64,000 nucleotides of DNA from Chloropicon primus (GCA_023205875.1 CP060755.1:992001-1056000), one strand, 5' to 3'; shown: positions 20,408 to 33,000, counted from the first letter of the stretch. Made by a program: numbers and translations. Notes: a model not told the origin generated them from the letters alone.

Positions 20408-21076
20408 CTAGTAGGGGCTGTAACCCCCTCTTCCCCCCCTGTACCCGCCTCTGTACCCGCCTCTGTACCCCCCGCGACCCCTGTATCCTCCCCTGAACCC
20501 TCCCCTCCCCCTCCCTCTTCCTCTTCCTCCCCGCATCCCGGGGACGTTGGTCCTCTTGGGCGAGACCTTGAGCTTCCTGCCGTTCAGCTCGGACTCGTTG
20601 AGGAGGACGGCGTGCTGCACCGCGTCCGGCTCCAGGAACTCGATGTACGCGAAGCCCTTGGGGTTGTTGAACTTGTCCGTCATGATAGTGACGCGGTTCA
20701 CCGTGCCGCAAGACGCAAAGTGGGCATGGAGCTGCTCCGGCGTCACCGCGTAGTCGACCTGGCCGACGTAGACTGACCGGGTGTCGACCTCCTCCTTGGC
20801 GGCCGCGTCCACCTGGGCGTTGGCGTTCGAGCCCCCCCCCATCTCCTTCTCCACCTGGGCCTGCATTTCTCGCAGCTTCGCCTCCTCCTCCTCCAAGCCC
20901 TTGAGATCTGCATTCAGGGCCTCCACATCATCCCCTTCCTCTGCCTCGGCTTGTTCCTCCTTCTCCTCGTTCCCTCCCTCCTCCTCCTCGTTCTCCTCCT
21001 CCTCGTTCTCCTCCTCCTCCTTCTCCTCGTAGTCCTCGTCCAGCAACTCGTTCACCTCGTCCTCGACCCCCGCCAT
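20408..21076 (-). CDS. PABPN1: Nuclear poly(A)-binding protein (PABPN1/PABP2)
   Basis: Acidic N-terminus, coiled coil [25 protein letters not shown]...[21 protein letters not shown] repeats, terminal YSPY. Confidence 0.93.
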   Translation of the reverse strand: MAGVEDEVNELLDEDYEEKEEEENEEEENEEEEGGNEEKEEQAEAEEGDDVEALNADLKGLEEEEAKLREMQAQVEKEMGGGSNANAQVDAAAKEEVDTRSVYVGQVDYAVTPEQLHAHFASCGTVNRVTIMTDKFNNPKGFAYIEFLEPDAVQHAVLLNESELNGRKLKVSPKRTNVPGMRGGRGRGRGRGGFRGGYRGRGGYRGGYRGGYRGGRGGYSPY

Positions 21077-21186
21077 GATGCTCGCCCTCGAACCCAAACC
21101 AAACTCCACCGCCACCCTCCAGCGCCAGGCCAAAACCCTGCAGGGAGAGAGAGAGAGGGAGAGGCAGAGAGAGAGGAGAGAGGAGG

Positions 21187-22407
21187 ATGGAGGAGGCGGT
21201 GGGGGAGGCGTGGGGGGAGGGGGGAGGGAGGGACTTTGGGAAGGCGTGGAGGCACCTGGGGAGGAGGCCGGAGGACGTGAACGTGTCGGACGAGAGGGGG
21301 AGGACGGTGCTGCACTGCTGCTGCGTCCTGCCCGATGATCGGGGGAGGGCCGTGCTGATCAACAACCTGCTGGCCGCGGGGGCGGACCCCTCGAGGGAGG
21401 ATCGGGACGGGTGGGCCCCGATCCAGTCCGACTTCGTGCTGGAGGCCCAGGGCAGCTGGGAGGCGTGGTCCTCGAAGTTCCGGGCGACGGGGAGGTCCAG
21501 GCCCTGCCTCGAGTTCCTGCTGGAGGAGGCGGGGGCCACGAGGGCCGAGGGGACTACGAGGGCCCAGCAGGCGCTGTGGTCCTCGGTCAGCAGGCACAAC
21601 GTGAACCGCAGGCTGGGCGGCCAGCTAGGCGGGAGGACGCCCCTGCACCTGGCGTGCGAGGCCCTGGGGGTCGGGGTCGGGGGGGCGCTGGACCTGCAGG
21701 GCGTGGGGGAGGAGGCTGGGAGGGAGAGGCTGACCCGGTGGAGCGCGAGGAGGGCGCTGGCGAAGCTCCGGGGGGAGGCCGCGGCGGAGGACTGGACGAC
21801 GTGCCACGACCTGGTTTGCCTGCTCCTGGACCTGGGGGCGGACGCCGAGCGGAGGGACGACGGCGGGAGGAGGCCCTTGGACTTGCTGCCCCCCGGCCGG
21901 TGCGACTCGGTGCGGGCCCTGCTGGAGTCCGACTGGGAGCTGGGCGAGAAGACGGGGAGGGGGACCACGCTCGCGGCGGACTCGGGGGACGTCGTGGACG
22001 GGGCCTCGGGCCTGGTTGTGGCCGAGGGGGGAGGAGGAGACCCGGGTGCCGCGAATGGGGCGCCGGAAGACCCGACCCTGGCCTCCGAGTTCGCCCGGCT
22101 CAGCGTGGACCTCCTCGCCTCGGACGTCGAGGAGGAGGGCCTGTACCGCAGGGTGGAGCGGGCCGAGGCCGAGCTCAGGGAGTGGAGGAGGGTGAACGCC
22201 AGGGCCCTGGGCCGGATGATCGAGGCGTGGCCCGCGGAGGACGCCGCGAGGAACTTTGGGGAGTGGGGCAAAGGAGAAGGTTTAGACGCAGTTCACCCGG
22301 CCAGGAGGAGGAGGGGGAGCGCGGTGGCGGTGGTGGTGGAGGAGAGCGCGGGGGAGGTGGAGAGCGTGGAGAGGGAGGTGGAGTACGAGCTCGAGTACGC
22401 GGCGTAA
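21187..22407 (+). CDS. Ankyrin-repeat protein
   Basis: [59 protein letters not shown]. Confidence 0.7.
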   Translation: MEEAVGEAWGEGGGRDFGKAWRHLGRRPEDVNVSDERGRTVLHCCCVLPDDRGRAVLINNLLAAGADPSREDRDGWAPIQSDFVLEAQGSWEAWSSKFRATGRSRPCLEFLLEEAGATRAEGTTRAQQALWSSVSRHNVNRRLGGQLGGRTPLHLACEALGVGVGGALDLQGVGEEAGRERLTRWSARRALAKLRGEAAAEDWTTCHDLVCLLLDLGADAERRDDGGRRPLDLLPPGRCDSVRALLESDWELGEKTGRGTTLAADSGDVVDGASGLVVAEGGGGDPGAANGAPEDPTLASEFARLSVDLLASDVEEEGLYRRVERAEAELREWRRVNARALGRMIEAWPAEDAARNFGEWGKGEGLDAVHPARRRRGSAVAVVVEESAGEVESVEREVEYELEYAA

Positions 22408-23355
22408 TTCAATGTGTGGGATCCGCCAGTGTCTCGAAGCCAAGGCCAGGCATCAGCATCCAAGTATGATATTAGAAAGTAAAATTTAAGGAAGAGAAAG
22501 GAAGTGCCTCCGTCTTGATCGTGCGATCGATCGAAGATCGATCTGAAGAACCAAGGGAGCGCTGGTTCTCAAACACATTCCTTGGCAATGGCATATGTTC
22601 CAGGTGCCTTGCGAGCAAAGAGGGGGCTCTTCAAGCTCCTACCTTGTGCTCTTCCTCGAGCCTCAAGCTCCTGCACCACTCGCCTTTGGCTGTCCTCTCG
22701 TTCTGCGCACGGCAGCCAAGCCAAAGCAAAGTCCGCTCGTCCCCCCTTGTCCTGTAGCCCAGAGAGACGAAGAATTTCGCCAAAGTCTTTCTCATCCTCA
22801 GCCCCCCTTGTCAAATATATCTGGCGGGAGTTTGGGGTTGTTCGCTGTTTCAAACTTTTGGTTTAAGGTCGCCCGTTAAAGTGGGAATTTCATTCTCGCG
22901 ATATTTTTCTCTTCGTCCGCGCCAATTTCTTGATTAGCAGCCATCAGCTCCGATAGGTAGATTTCACACGTTGAGACTACAAATGGGAAAAACCTAGCCG
23001 GCTGCAGAACTCGGCTGTGCAGAAATGTACAGCGTAAAATTCCTTTGCTCCCCGAGAATAGTCGCATCGTCTTCTGAGAACCGACGAAGACGGTTTCGAC
23101 TTTTGTTTTGAAGGGGCTGTGACTGCGCTGTCCACTGTGGGGGCAAAAACGACAGCAACGTGGCTCTGTTTCGCCACTGCGGATTAGGTCCTGCTCCGCT
23201 TTTTGGACCAGAAGAGACCGTAACGCTCGGCGACCTTCGATGGCGTAACGTCCGACGAAGGGGTTGTTCCGTTGTTGTCCTTGCAGTTGGCGTGGGGGCG
23301 GGCGAGTTGCCCTTGTGCTGCGAGGGTTTGTTTGGGGTGGGGCGTCGATCCGTTG

Positions 23356-24753
23356 ATGCCAACGACGAGCGAGAGAGCACAAGAGTACGGAGACACGGAG
23401 ACAACACGGATGACGGGCACGACCATGGAGCAGCAGCAAGCTCCTCCTTGTCCTCCTCCTTGTCCTTCTCCTTGCGGCGGGGACGACGACAACGACCCCC
23501 TCGTCGAGGACGAGGTCCTCAACCCTCCGAAGAGAAGCGCGCAGGAGGAGGGTCTGCCGCCGGCTCCCCCTATGTCGTCCGCGACGACGTCCTCCGCGGT
23601 GTCGGACAAGACCGCCGTGCACTCGAGCAACTCCATGTCGTGGTTCGACATCGAGGGCCTCGTGGACACGGCGGAGGACGCGATGGAGAAGAAGCTGGAC
23701 GACATGAACCAGTCCTTCGTGGACCCCTTGGGCCTGGACAACGAGGCGTTCATGAAGGAGATGGAGGAGGACCTGGGCGGGGACCTTGGGTGGGGGGACA
23801 TGATGCCCCCCCACCCCTCGGTGTACACCCCGCCCCCGATGGCGCCGGCCGTGCACTACCCGCCGCCGATGATCGCGACGCACAGGCCCCAGCACCAGGC
23901 GCACCCCACCAGCCTGCACTCCAGCGCGCAGGCCAGCAGGATCCAGGCGGGGTTCGACGCCCTCATGAAGTCGTTCAAGCTGGACCACGCGGCGGCCGTT
24001 TCGAAGCAAGGCCAGCCGCGGACCCCCAAGGGGAAGGGGGACTCCCCCTCGAGGAGCAACAACAAGGGGGAGGATTGCCGCAAGGGGGGCGGCAGCAGCA
24101 TCGACGAGCAGAAGGGGAAGAAGGAGGAGGCGGCGACGGGGTCCAGGAGCCCCGAGAGCAACAACGAGGCGTTCGTGAACGGCTTGCTGAGCAGCATGGC
24201 GGCCGCGAGGGAGACGCCCAAGGGGAGCCCAAGGACACCCAAGGGGAAGAAGGGATCGTCCTCCCCCCTGCTGTCCAGGACCAACTCGTTCAAGAAGGAG
24301 ACTGGCAAGCTGTCCCCGGCCAGCTCGCTGGTGCGGTCCCTCTCGGACAGCAGGTCGACGCTCCTGAGGACGTCCAAGGACGCCAGGGAGTGCACCGTCG
24401 CGGGGGCGATCACGTCCCTCCTCGCGGGGGGGAAGACCACCCTGAACCTCCACCGCACCTCCTCCGGGGGGCCGTACAACCCCACCTCGCCCTCGGACCA
24501 CTTTGAGATGATGCGCCGGATGTACGGTTACAAGGGGTGGGAGCTCCAGCAGCAGCAGCAGCAGCCGTCCATGTACAACGTCAACGAGGTGATCAGCCAC
24601 CAGATGTACAGCAGCCCCCCTCCCTTCGGCACCCCGGAGGCTCCCCAGCGCTACAGAAATTTCTCGGCACCGATCTCGGACCCGCTCGGCGGCTGCCCCG
24701 AGCTCGACCTCTACGACCCTCACGTGACAAGGTGCCTGTCCTCGAATCTTTGA
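23356..24753 (+). CDS. Hypothetical low-complexity/disordered protein
   Basis: Long ORF with GC3-rich codon usage like neighbouring genes; P/S/Q-rich. Start uncertain (23356, 23410 or 23425). Confidence 0.6.
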   Translation: MPTTSERAQEYGDTETTRMTGTTMEQQQAPPCPPPCPSPCGGDDDNDPLVEDEVLNPPKRSAQEEGLPPAPPMSSATTSSAVSDKTAVHSSNSMSWFDIEGLVDTAEDAMEKKLDDMNQSFVDPLGLDNEAFMKEMEEDLGGDLGWGDMMPPHPSVYTPPPMAPAVHYPPPMIATHRPQHQAHPTSLHSSAQASRIQAGFDALMKSFKLDHAAAVSKQGQPRTPKGKGDSPSRSNNKGEDCRKGGGSSIDEQKGKKEEAATGSRSPESNNEAFVNGLLSSMAAARETPKGSPRTPKGKKGSSSPLLSRTNSFKKETGKLSPASSLVRSLSDSRSTLLRTSKDARECTVAGAITSLLAGGKTTLNLHRTSSGGPYNPTSPSDHFEMMRRMYGYKGWELQQQQQQPSMYNVNEVISHQMYSSPPPFGTPEAPQRYRNFSAPISDPLGGCPELDLYDPHVTRCLSSNL

Positions 24754-25121
24754 TGACGACGACGACGAAGGAGAAACCTCCTCGCGCCGAGCGAAGACGT
24801 TTTTGCATGGACTGCACGTACACAGAGTTGGCAATAAACAAATGGAAGGAAAGCCGCTGCGGACTGCCGGAGGGGCGAATTGAACTAGAATTGAGGGCGT
24901 TGGTTGGTGTGTCGGTGAACTGGGGTCTCTCACATCACACCCCGTTAGCACACCACACCCCGTTAGACGTCATGGGTGAAAGAGAGAAAACCAAAAAATA
25001 TTATAAGACAAAACCCATGGGAAAACCTCCAAGCGTTTTTATTTAGGCTACACTTAATTTTGTATACGCACGCGCACGAGACCAAGAATGATTTGTTCAT
25101 TCCCTGCAATGCCTTGCGTGC

Positions 25122-27476
25122 TCACCCCTGCTGCTGCTCGTCCACCAGGCGAAGGAATTGCCTCATCTGGTCCACGCCCTCGCGGTGTTGCTGCTGTCCC
25201 CCCATCGCCGCCGCCTGGCAATCCGCCAAGCAGTCCCTCACGAACCCGACCAGGGCACCCACCTCCTCGGGGACGGCGCGAAGCCAACCCTCGGGGACGG
25301 CCTCGCAGAGGAAGCCCCCGATGCAGGCCTGGGCCCCCACGTCGCTCTTCAGCGTCCTCAGGTAGGGGAGCATTGCCCCCTCGAAGATCGACTTGATCGC
25401 CATCCCGGCCAGAGCCCCTTGGTCGATGAGGCCCTCCCACAGCAGCAGGCCCGCGAACTTGTGGGCCGCCCTCCTCACGGCGTGGGCCACGAAGCCCTGG
25501 GACAGGGGCACGCTCCTCGCCACTTTCTGCGGCCACATCGGAATGCCGGCATTTGCGTTCTCGTGGTCCCAGTGGTACGCATTCCTCACGGCCAGGAGCA
25601 CCTCTTGCAGGGCCTCGCTGCCGCCCTCGACGCCACAGCCGACGACCGCGTCGTCAACCGCGGATCTGAGTGCCCTCGTTTGGTGCAGGTTCGCCGGGTC
25701 CCACAAGTGCGCCACCACGAACCTCAGCTTGGGCAGCAGGAGCTTCTCCGTCAGCGTGCGGAGGAGGTCGCTGTCGGGATCAGCTTTGTAGCTCTTCAGG
25801 ACCCTGTACCACTCCATGGCCCCGAGGGGCGCCGAGACGGCGGCCTTCCCGCCCGACGAGTCGGCCCACTGGAGGAGCTCCAGCCGCACAAAGGGGGAGA
25901 CCAGCTGAGGGAGGGACTCCGGGACGTAGGCCTGGGAGTAGGACCCCCTGTCGAACTCCTTGAAGTGCCCCAGCCTCCGGGCGATCCGATCCAGGGAGCA
26001 GAAGTCCTCGTCGACGTCCGCGAGGAGGGTGTGGGAGGAATCGAAGAGGTCCTTCAGCTTCTCCTCGAGCACATCTCCCTCCTCGTCCTCCGCGGCGCGG
26101 TGCCCCCCGTCTTCTTCTGCGTTCAGGAACTCCCAAGACATGCCCCGAAAAGCCCCGTACCGCTTCCTGTCCTGCTCCATGACTCGCCGCAGGGATGCGC
26201 CGTCGCCGTCGTCGTCCCGGCGGCAGTGCGCGTCCACGAGGTCAGCCTCCTTCTTCTCCAGCTCCTCGGCCACCCTCTGGGCGTCGGGGCCCGAGAGGTC
26301 GGTCCCGCCCAGGAACATGGCCTTCATTATGCCGGCCTGCATGGACTGGAAGAGCACGTCCCTCGCCAAGGGCCGAAGCCGTCGAAGACCGTCGTCGATC
26401 TTCCTCTGGACGCCCTCGATGTCCTCCTCCAGGGCCTCGATGTCCCCGGCCTTGTCCCCAAGGCACTCGCAGAGGGTGGAGAGGTACTGCTGTGTCTGCT
26501 CCAGGAACACGTACTGCTCCGTGAGCGAGTCCAGCCTCCCCTTCGCGTTCGCCTGCTTCCCCTCCGCGAATTCGACCTTCTCCCTCAGCCTCGAGATCTC
26601 GCCGTCCCTCGACACCTCGCCCCCCTCCATCCTCCTCAACGCCCTCGAGATGTTCTCCATGGCCTCCTTCGCTTGGTTGTCCAGGTCCGCCACGCTGACG
26701 ACGGCGGCGCTGATGCCGTGCGCGGCGGGCTCGTCGATCTCCCGAACGTAGCGACCTCCCGCCATGTCGCCAACGCCCTTGCCCTCGTCGTAGAACTTGA
26801 ACTTCACCCTCTCGCCCTCCTCCCCGTCGGAAAGGCCGGCGACGCTGCTCAGCTTGGCTGACCCCCGGACTGGGATGAACGCAGGGGCGGAGCTAAGCTT
26901 TCTCCTCTTGAGCTTGGCGGCCTCGATCTCGGCCGGGGTTGGGATCGCCTGGCCGGACTCCTCGTCGCTCCTTGCCCCCGGGACGTCGTCGTCCCCGGGG
27001 GTCGCGAGGCCGCGATCCTCCTCGCCCTCGGGCTTGAAGGATCCCTTGAGACCGACCTCGGAGAGAGCCTCCGTGTTCCTCCGGTTCGCCTCCTTCAGCT
27101 GCCTCAGCCTCTCCGCGGTGTACTCCCCGGAGCTGGTCATGTGGGCCGCCATCTCCCTTCCCAGCCTCTTGGAGGAGGCCCCGTAGCTGTGGTCCCCCCG
27201 CCCCTCCCCCCGGCCCAAGCGCTTGCCCCTCCTCCTCCTCGAGACGATGGTGCTGGCCTCGCCCTCCGCCTCCTCCTCCTCCGCGAAGGACAGCAGGCCT
27301 GCCACCGTGGCCGCTGGCTTGGGCGGCGCTCGGGAAGCTCGGCCCCCCGCAGGAGTGCCGCCCCCCTGCTCGCGCCCAGACGTCCCAACGACCACCTCCT
27401 CGTTCTCCTCCTCTGAGTCCTCCTCCTTGGCCTTCCTCCTAATGTTCCTCCTCCTCTGCCTGCTCCTCTCCCGCAT
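25122..27476 (-). CDS. GCF/GCFC2/PAXBP1/ILP1-family splicing-associated protein
   Basis: LLSFAEEEE, GEYTAERLRQL, IPTPAEIEAAKLKR, ADVDEDF, YSQAYVPESLPQLVSPFVRLELLQW, HLWDP. Confidence 0.85.
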   Translation of the reverse strand: MRERSRQRRRNIRRKAKEEDSEEENEEVVVGTSGREQGGGTPAGGRASRAPPKPAATVAGLLSFAEEEEAEGEASTIVSRRRRGKRLGRGEGRGDHSYGASSKRLGREMAAHMTSSGEYTAERLRQLKEANRRNTEALSEVGLKGSFKPEGEEDRGLATPGDDDVPGARSDEESGQAIPTPAEIEAAKLKRRKLSSAPAFIPVRGSAKLSSVAGLSDGEEGERVKFKFYDEGKGVGDMAGGRYVREIDEPAAHGISAAVVSVADLDNQAKEAMENISRALRRMEGGEVSRDGEISRLREKVEFAEGKQANAKGRLDSLTEQYVFLEQTQQYLSTLCECLGDKAGDIEALEEDIEGVQRKIDDGLRRLRPLARDVLFQSMQAGIMKAMFLGGTDLSGPDAQRVAEELEKKEADLVDAHCRRDDDGDGASLRRVMEQDRKRYGAFRGMSWEFLNAEEDGGHRAAEDEEGDVLEEKLKDLFDSSHTLLADVDEDFCSLDRIARRLGHFKEFDRGSYSQAYVPESLPQLVSPFVRLELLQWADSSGGKAAVSAPLGAMEWYRVLKSYKADPDSDLLRTLTEKLLLPKLRFVVAHLWDPANLHQTRALRSAVDDAVVGCGVEGGSEALQEVLLAVRNAYHWDHENANAGIPMWPQKVARSVPLSQGFVAHAVRRAAHKFAGLLLWEGLIDQGALAGMAIKSIFEGAMLPYLRTLKSDVGAQACIGGFLCEAVPEGWLRAVPEEVGALVGFVRDCLADCQAAAMGGQQQHREGVDQMRQFLRLVDEQQQG

Positions 27477-27908
27477 CTCTCCTTCTCCCCCCCCTCTCTC
27501 TCGAAGCAAAGGATAACACGCAACGTCCGTCCGTCCGTTCTCTCTCTCTCTCTCCTTCTAAACTAAACCTTCCCGCAAGGTGTGCCCATCCCTCTGGTCC
27601 CCTGATCCAACGCAGCAGCAGCAGCCGTCGTCGTCTCGTCTCTTAATCGTATTCTTAATCGTAATCTCGTATTACCTCTTCTCTGGCATAACCTCCTCGT
27701 CCTCGTCTGCCACAAGGTCAAGGTCAAGGTCAAGGTCAAGGTGTTCCCCCCATCCTCTCTTCCTCTTCCTCCCTCCCTTCCCTCCAGTGGCAGTGGAAGC
27801 CAGCCCGAGCGACAGCCCCTCCTGAAGATTCTCGGCGAGACAGCGAGGACGACTGCGGAGAAAAAAAGAGGGAGAGGAGGGAAAGAGGGAAGGCAGAAGG
27901 GAAGAGGG

Positions 27909-27913
<5 letters not shown>

Positions 27914-27949
<36 letters not shown>
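27914..27949 (+). repeat. (AG)n microsatellite abutting the VAMP7 start codon
   Basis: Perfect AG run directly before ATG 27950. Confidence 0.9.
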
Positions 27950-27953
<4 letters not shown>

Positions 27954-28789
27954 GAGGGGAGAGTGGAAGTATACTGTTCTCTCTGGTGTCGAGAGGGGCG
28001 GTGGTGCTGGCGGAGCAAGGGAGTGAGAAGACAGAGGCGGCACGCGCGGCACCGAGGGTGGCCCGTCGTATTATCGAGAAGCTCTCGACTGCGAACAACC
28101 GTGTGACATATTCCCAGGACAGCCACTTGTACCACATACTTTGTGAGAATGGTATCATTTACCTCACCATGGCGGACGAGAGCTTCGGGAGGCGCATCCC
28201 TTTCGCCTTCTTGGAGGACATCAAGTCCAGGTTCTCTTCGCAGTACGGCGCCACGGCGAGCACGGCCTTGGCGTACGCCTACAACACCGAGTTCTCGAGA
28301 GTGCTGAGGTAAGCGAGGCGAGGACCTGGGCTCGGGGGACCTGCGCCGGCGTCGAGCCCGGTGTCGCTTCTCGTCCCTTCCTCTGACCCCCTTTGGGTGC
28401 TGACTTTTGCTCTTCTTCTTCTTCTTCTTCTTCTTCTTGTTTGTTTTGTTTGTTTGTCCCGCTCCAGGCAACAGATGGAGTACTACAGCTCGAACCCGAA
28501 CGCGGACAGCATCAACAAGGTGAAGAGCGAGATCGCGGAGGTGAAGAACGTGATGGTGGAGAACATCGAGAAAGTCCTGGACAGGGGCGAGAAGATAGAG
28601 CTCCTGATGGACAAGACGGACAGACTCCAGGGAGAAGCAAGCAGGTTCAGGGGCCAGGCGAGGAAGCTGAAGAACCAGATGTGGTGGAACAAGATCAGAA
28701 ACATGATGCTCCTCGCTCTGATCATCTTCCTCGTCATCTACTTCATCTTGGCTCTGGCGTGCGGACCCAAGCTGAAGTGCGCCGGATGA
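27950..28789 (+). CDS. VAMP7: VAMP7/VAMP71 longin R-SNARE; intron 28309-28467
   Basis: Longin ILFSLVSRGAVVLAE...GRRIPFAFLEDIK; SNARE VKNVMVENIEKVLDRGEKIELL; C-terminal TM. Confidence 0.93.
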
Positions 28790-28923
28790 AGAGGGTCAGA
28801 GCGAGAGAGAGAGAGAACCACTTTCTCTGTTCTTGTGAGAGCTTCCCGAAAGACTTAAACAAAAGTGACCGGATTTGGAAAATTACATTTTGTCCTCTGA
28901 GGAAACGAACGCTGTTTCGCCAA

Positions 28924-29877
28924 TCAGTCCCAGGCGTCCTCCTCCCCCTCGGTCTCCTCCTCGGAGTCGGACCGCATCCCGTACACGGCCTTGATGTGCT
29001 CGTGGGGGTAGCACCTGCCGCACACCTCGCAGGGCTCCAGGTCGCCCTCCCCGTCACCCTCCCCGTCCTCCAGCCCCCTCTTCGTATTCCTCCTGCACCC
29101 GCACGACAGGAGCCAGCTCACCACGGCCCTCTCGTTCACCTCCTCCGGGGCGCCCGCCTCCTCACCGAAGAGTATCGCCTTGTGCCTCCCGTTCTCAAAG
29201 CAGCAGATCGCGGCCTGGTTCACCTTGTCCCTCTGGTTGACGACCACGCCCTTGACCTTCTCGATCCGGACGAACTTCGTGCCCATGAAGTCCGTCGCTG
29301 CGAGCTCGTCCAGCAGCTCCGACAGCTCGTGGCTGAAGACGTCCCCCTTCACGCTGAACTGGCACACCAGGACGACGGGTGGCCCGGGCTGCGCCTTGCC
29401 GCTCCACTGCGACTGGGCGTGCGTCTTGAGGATCTCCTGCAGGGACGTGTTGTCGACGCCGTGCACCACCCCGTTGCCCAGCTGCAACTTCAGGGCCTTG
29501 GCCACCCCCTGGTCGCTCCCTCGGCCTGTCGCCTTCTCCTGCAACTCGCGCAGCCTCTGGGTCCTGTACTTCTCGAACTCCTCGTCAAAGTCGTCGAGGT
29601 CGTCGTCGTCGAACTCGTCGCCGATCACGTCTGCCTGAGACGCCGCGCTCGACCCAACCTCCTTCGGGGCCTCCGTCGTGACCACCCGCCGTCTCTCCCT
29701 CTCGTGCCTCGTGGAAGGATCGTGCTCCCTCAGTATCGTGAGGACTCGGTTCGCCTCCTTCCTGTCCTCGAGCTCCCGCTCGCAGCAGGCGGCCATGGGA
29801 GCGTCCCCCGTCGCCAGGCCCTCGTCCCGCCCCGCCTCGAGGTGGCTCACCACGTCACAGCCCGCACAGTCCTTCAT
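28924..29877 (-). CDS. Phosducin/thioredoxin-like fold protein with C-terminal Cys/His motif
   Basis: DEEFEKYRTQRLREL, VVLVCQF, LDELAATDFMGTKFVRI, CFENG; tail CEVCGRCYPHEH. Confidence 0.65.
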   Translation of the reverse strand: MKDCAGCDVVSHLEAGRDEGLATGDAPMAACCERELEDRKEANRVLTILREHDPSTRHERERRRVVTTEAPKEVGSSAASQADVIGDEFDDDDLDDFDEEFEKYRTQRLRELQEKATGRGSDQGVAKALKLQLGNGVVHGVDNTSLQEILKTHAQSQWSGKAQPGPPVVLVCQFSVKGDVFSHELSELLDELAATDFMGTKFVRIEKVKGVVVNQRDKVNQAAICCFENGRHKAILFGEEAGAPEEVNERAVVSWLLSCGCRRNTKRGLEDGEGDGEGDLEPCEVCGRCYPHEHIKAVYGMRSDSEEETEGEEDAWD

Positions 29878-30008
29878 GGTGTGTGGGTCTCTCGTCCTTC
29901 CTCCCCCTGACTAAGACTAAGTTCCTCTTCTGGCGGGAACAAGAATCCTGTCCAATATACAAGATATAGATAGTATTAGATATTAGATAGATAGACTAAG
30001 GAGAGTTT

Positions 30009-33000
30009 TTACTGGCCCATTAGTGCGAGGTCCCTCGCTTGCGTGATTGCAGTCGCCGCGCTCTTCACGCAACCAATGCTTTGGAAGATGGACGAGGCCT
30101 CGGACAGGAGCTGCGCGGCCTTGAGGTTCACCTCCTCGTCCATTTTCGGTGTGCTGGTGAGAAGGTCTTCCGCCTGCTGGACGAGCCCCTTGGCGATCAG
30201 CTTGGTCTTGTTGAAGTGGTGGAGCGCCATGTTCAGAGAGGCTGAATCCTTATCGCGGGAGTGGTAAAGCGAGGTGAGGATCTCCCGCTTCAAATTCCTT
30301 CTCCTGGACACCGTTCTCTCCTTGATGTCGTTGGAGCTCCTCTTCTTCAGCAGGAGCTCCAGCTTGTCGCTGCTGACGAGCTTGTCGATCGCGTGCTGCC
30401 TGAGCTTGGACTGGCCGATGCCGTTCAGCATTCTCACGAGGGCCTTGAACTCGCCCAAGGACGCGTAGGTGGAGACCCTCCCGAAGGCAAGGGCGGTCAG
30501 GACGTCGACCCCGTTCATGGCGTGGGCTGCCTCGTAGTACTGGTAGGCCAGGATAATGACCTCCACTTCGAACTCCGAGGGCAGGTGGTGCTTGGTCAGA
30601 ATGATGTTGAGGAGGGCGTGCCCCAGCTCGGCGTTATCGCTGCAGATGAAAGCACACTTGTCAAACTCTTCCGTGCTGTAGGAGGGCTCGTACGACGTCG
30701 TCGAGGCCTCCTCGGGCACGTCCCTGTGCACGATGAGCAGGCCCTTGAAGAAGCTCTTGACCAAGACGTCCGCCACCTTGCTCTGCGGCACCGAAAACAC
30801 CTCTACGAACTCCCTCGCTTCCTGCAGGAGCTCAGGGCCCTGCCTGAGCACGAGCTGGAGGGTGTCCTCTGGCTTGGCCATCAGCACCAGGTTCGGGGTG
30901 ACCGATGAGGCCAGGGAAGAGAGCTTGAAAGAGAAGGAGACTCGGCTCGCAAACTCCATCCCGATCTCGTGCGGAATGTTTTCCGTACAGAACTTCACCG
31001 CTTCGATCACGTTGTGGGGCACCTGGAACTCGGAGAGCAAGTCCTGCAGATAGGACACACAATTGCCTGATAAGAAGCAGCCCCCACCATTCAGCTCTCC
31101 ATCCCCGTGCTCCGCCAGTATCTCCACCAGAGCTTCGAGGAACATTATTCCCTTGACCTTGTCCTTCAGCTTCGAGCTGAGCTGCTTCACAAAGTCAATC
31201 TCGCCGTACCACACAAAAGCGTTGAAGAGCATGGTGAGCAGGGTGTCCCCCATTCCACTTACGCCGCAGCTGTTCATGTAGGACACGAGTGTTTCGTGCT
31301 CCACCGAATCTATCATGAACGAGCCGCTCGAAACCTTCGTCTCCCCCTCCGGTTCTGCGTGTTTGGAACCGGCTTGGATGTACCACTTGTCGACCTTTTC
31401 GATCTCCTGGTGGTTCTCAAAGCACAGGATGTGGCCACAAATAAGCCCGCGAAACTTGACTTCCTCAAGGAATTCAGCCGAGCAACAAGGCTCCGAGTTT
31501 CCGTGGACACCCTGGTACCACTTGAATGCAAGTTCGAGAACATGAAGGCTGGTCGCGACGGTCGAGTAAGAAAGCTCCTTGTTGAATTGCTCGAAGAAGA
31601 AGTCTCCGGCCAATCTCTCATCGAGGCCATCTTCCACGAACATGGTTTGGATGTCATTCCAGGACTCGCGGCGATCCGCCTCTACCTTTGCCTTGTTTTC
31701 ATAAACGTTCTCGAGAATCCTTGCGGCGTGCCTCAAGACAATGTGATCCGTCTCGAGACCGCACCTCTCGTAGATCATGCGCGCCTCCTTGAACCTGTTA
31801 CCATTCTCCAAGTGGCAAGCGGCGCCTTCGAGGTCCACGCGCAGGAAAGGCTCCGCCGAGATCTCTGAATCCTGCCAAGGATCCGTCGGCACAGCGTTCC
31901 AGGAAATGAAGGAGCTGTGCTCATTCTCCCCAAGAATGTCGTACAGGACATACATCTTCACCATGCTTGGGAAGTATTCCAGGACCTCGCACTTGTTAAT
32001 CAAGTTGACGGCCTTGCTCCTCAGGAACAGGTCAGACGTCTCCGAAGCAAGCGAAGATTCCAAGGCAATGATGATGGACTCCTCCATCCAAGTGTCCGAC
32101 TCCAAGTGGGACCCCTGTCTCATCATGTGCTTGAACTGCAGAAGGTACGTTTCCGCGTCCTTCATCCGAATCTGCATGAAGGAGTGAAGAAAGTACATGA
32201 AGGTAACAAAGATGCTTTTGGGAAAGAAAGTTTCTCCCCCCCGTATCAGTGGCAGGAAGCACTTCTTTCCGCACATGACCGTCACCAAGAAAGGGATGGT
32301 GTGATTTTCTGGCGAAAAGCCATCGCTCGCCACGCATGTTGAACCCAACCAATACTGGAAGCATTTTGCTTTTGAGACGTCGTCGTGGCACGAGGAAAGG
32401 ACAGCTAGGAATGGCCACCGGGACTCGACACAGGACTCCAACAGAAACTGACCAGGCAAGTCCTGCCTTTCGGATTCTGAGATGAGAGCGAAAAGCTCGG
32501 GTGGCTCCTGGCTCCCCATCTTTTCGTCATCCAGGTCGTCCGCCACCAAGTCTCTGCTTGCAAACAATGCTCTTTCGAGGTGCAATTTCAGCTCCCTGCA
32601 GCTGAAGTCTGCTAGGGCGATGACTTCCCTCAGCGTGTACCCGTGCCTCTCTGCCTCCGATAAGAAGTACACCCAGTCATTCTTCCGAGCCAAGTAGGAC
32701 ATATAACGGTCGTCCCTCTCATAGCCAAACAATTCGTTAAGGGCATTCAAGAGCACCCATGTGCTCACCCGGGCATCTATGTCGCCCGAGCCCTCAACGT
32801 GGATGCTCGCAGGATCTTCTTCTCCCTTGAGGATGTCCTCCAGGATCGCATCCATGATTTCATGCAACTGCATCACGCCGGTGTTCTCTGTGCTCATCAT
32901 AAAGCCCTTCTTGATGTTCTCGCACATGAGTTGCACGATGGGAGTCAAGAAATCATACCCGTCCGCATTAGAATCCATGGGAAATGGGATCGACTCGGCC

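Noticed and set aside
20430..20535. 12-bp tandem repeats (CTGTACCCGCCT)
   Set aside because: Explained by the RGGY repeats of PABPN1.
22408..23355. Short ORFs on both strands (22569-22853, 22582-22866, 22595-22879)
   Set aside because: No recognisable motif, atypical codon usage and no convincing splice model. Left unannotated, though a small gene or ncRNA cannot be excluded.
27563..27913. Low-complexity ORFs and (AAGGTC)n / (CT)n runs between the GCFC2-like gene and VAMP7
   Set aside because: Simple-sequence divergent promoter/UTR; translations are repetitive with no domain.
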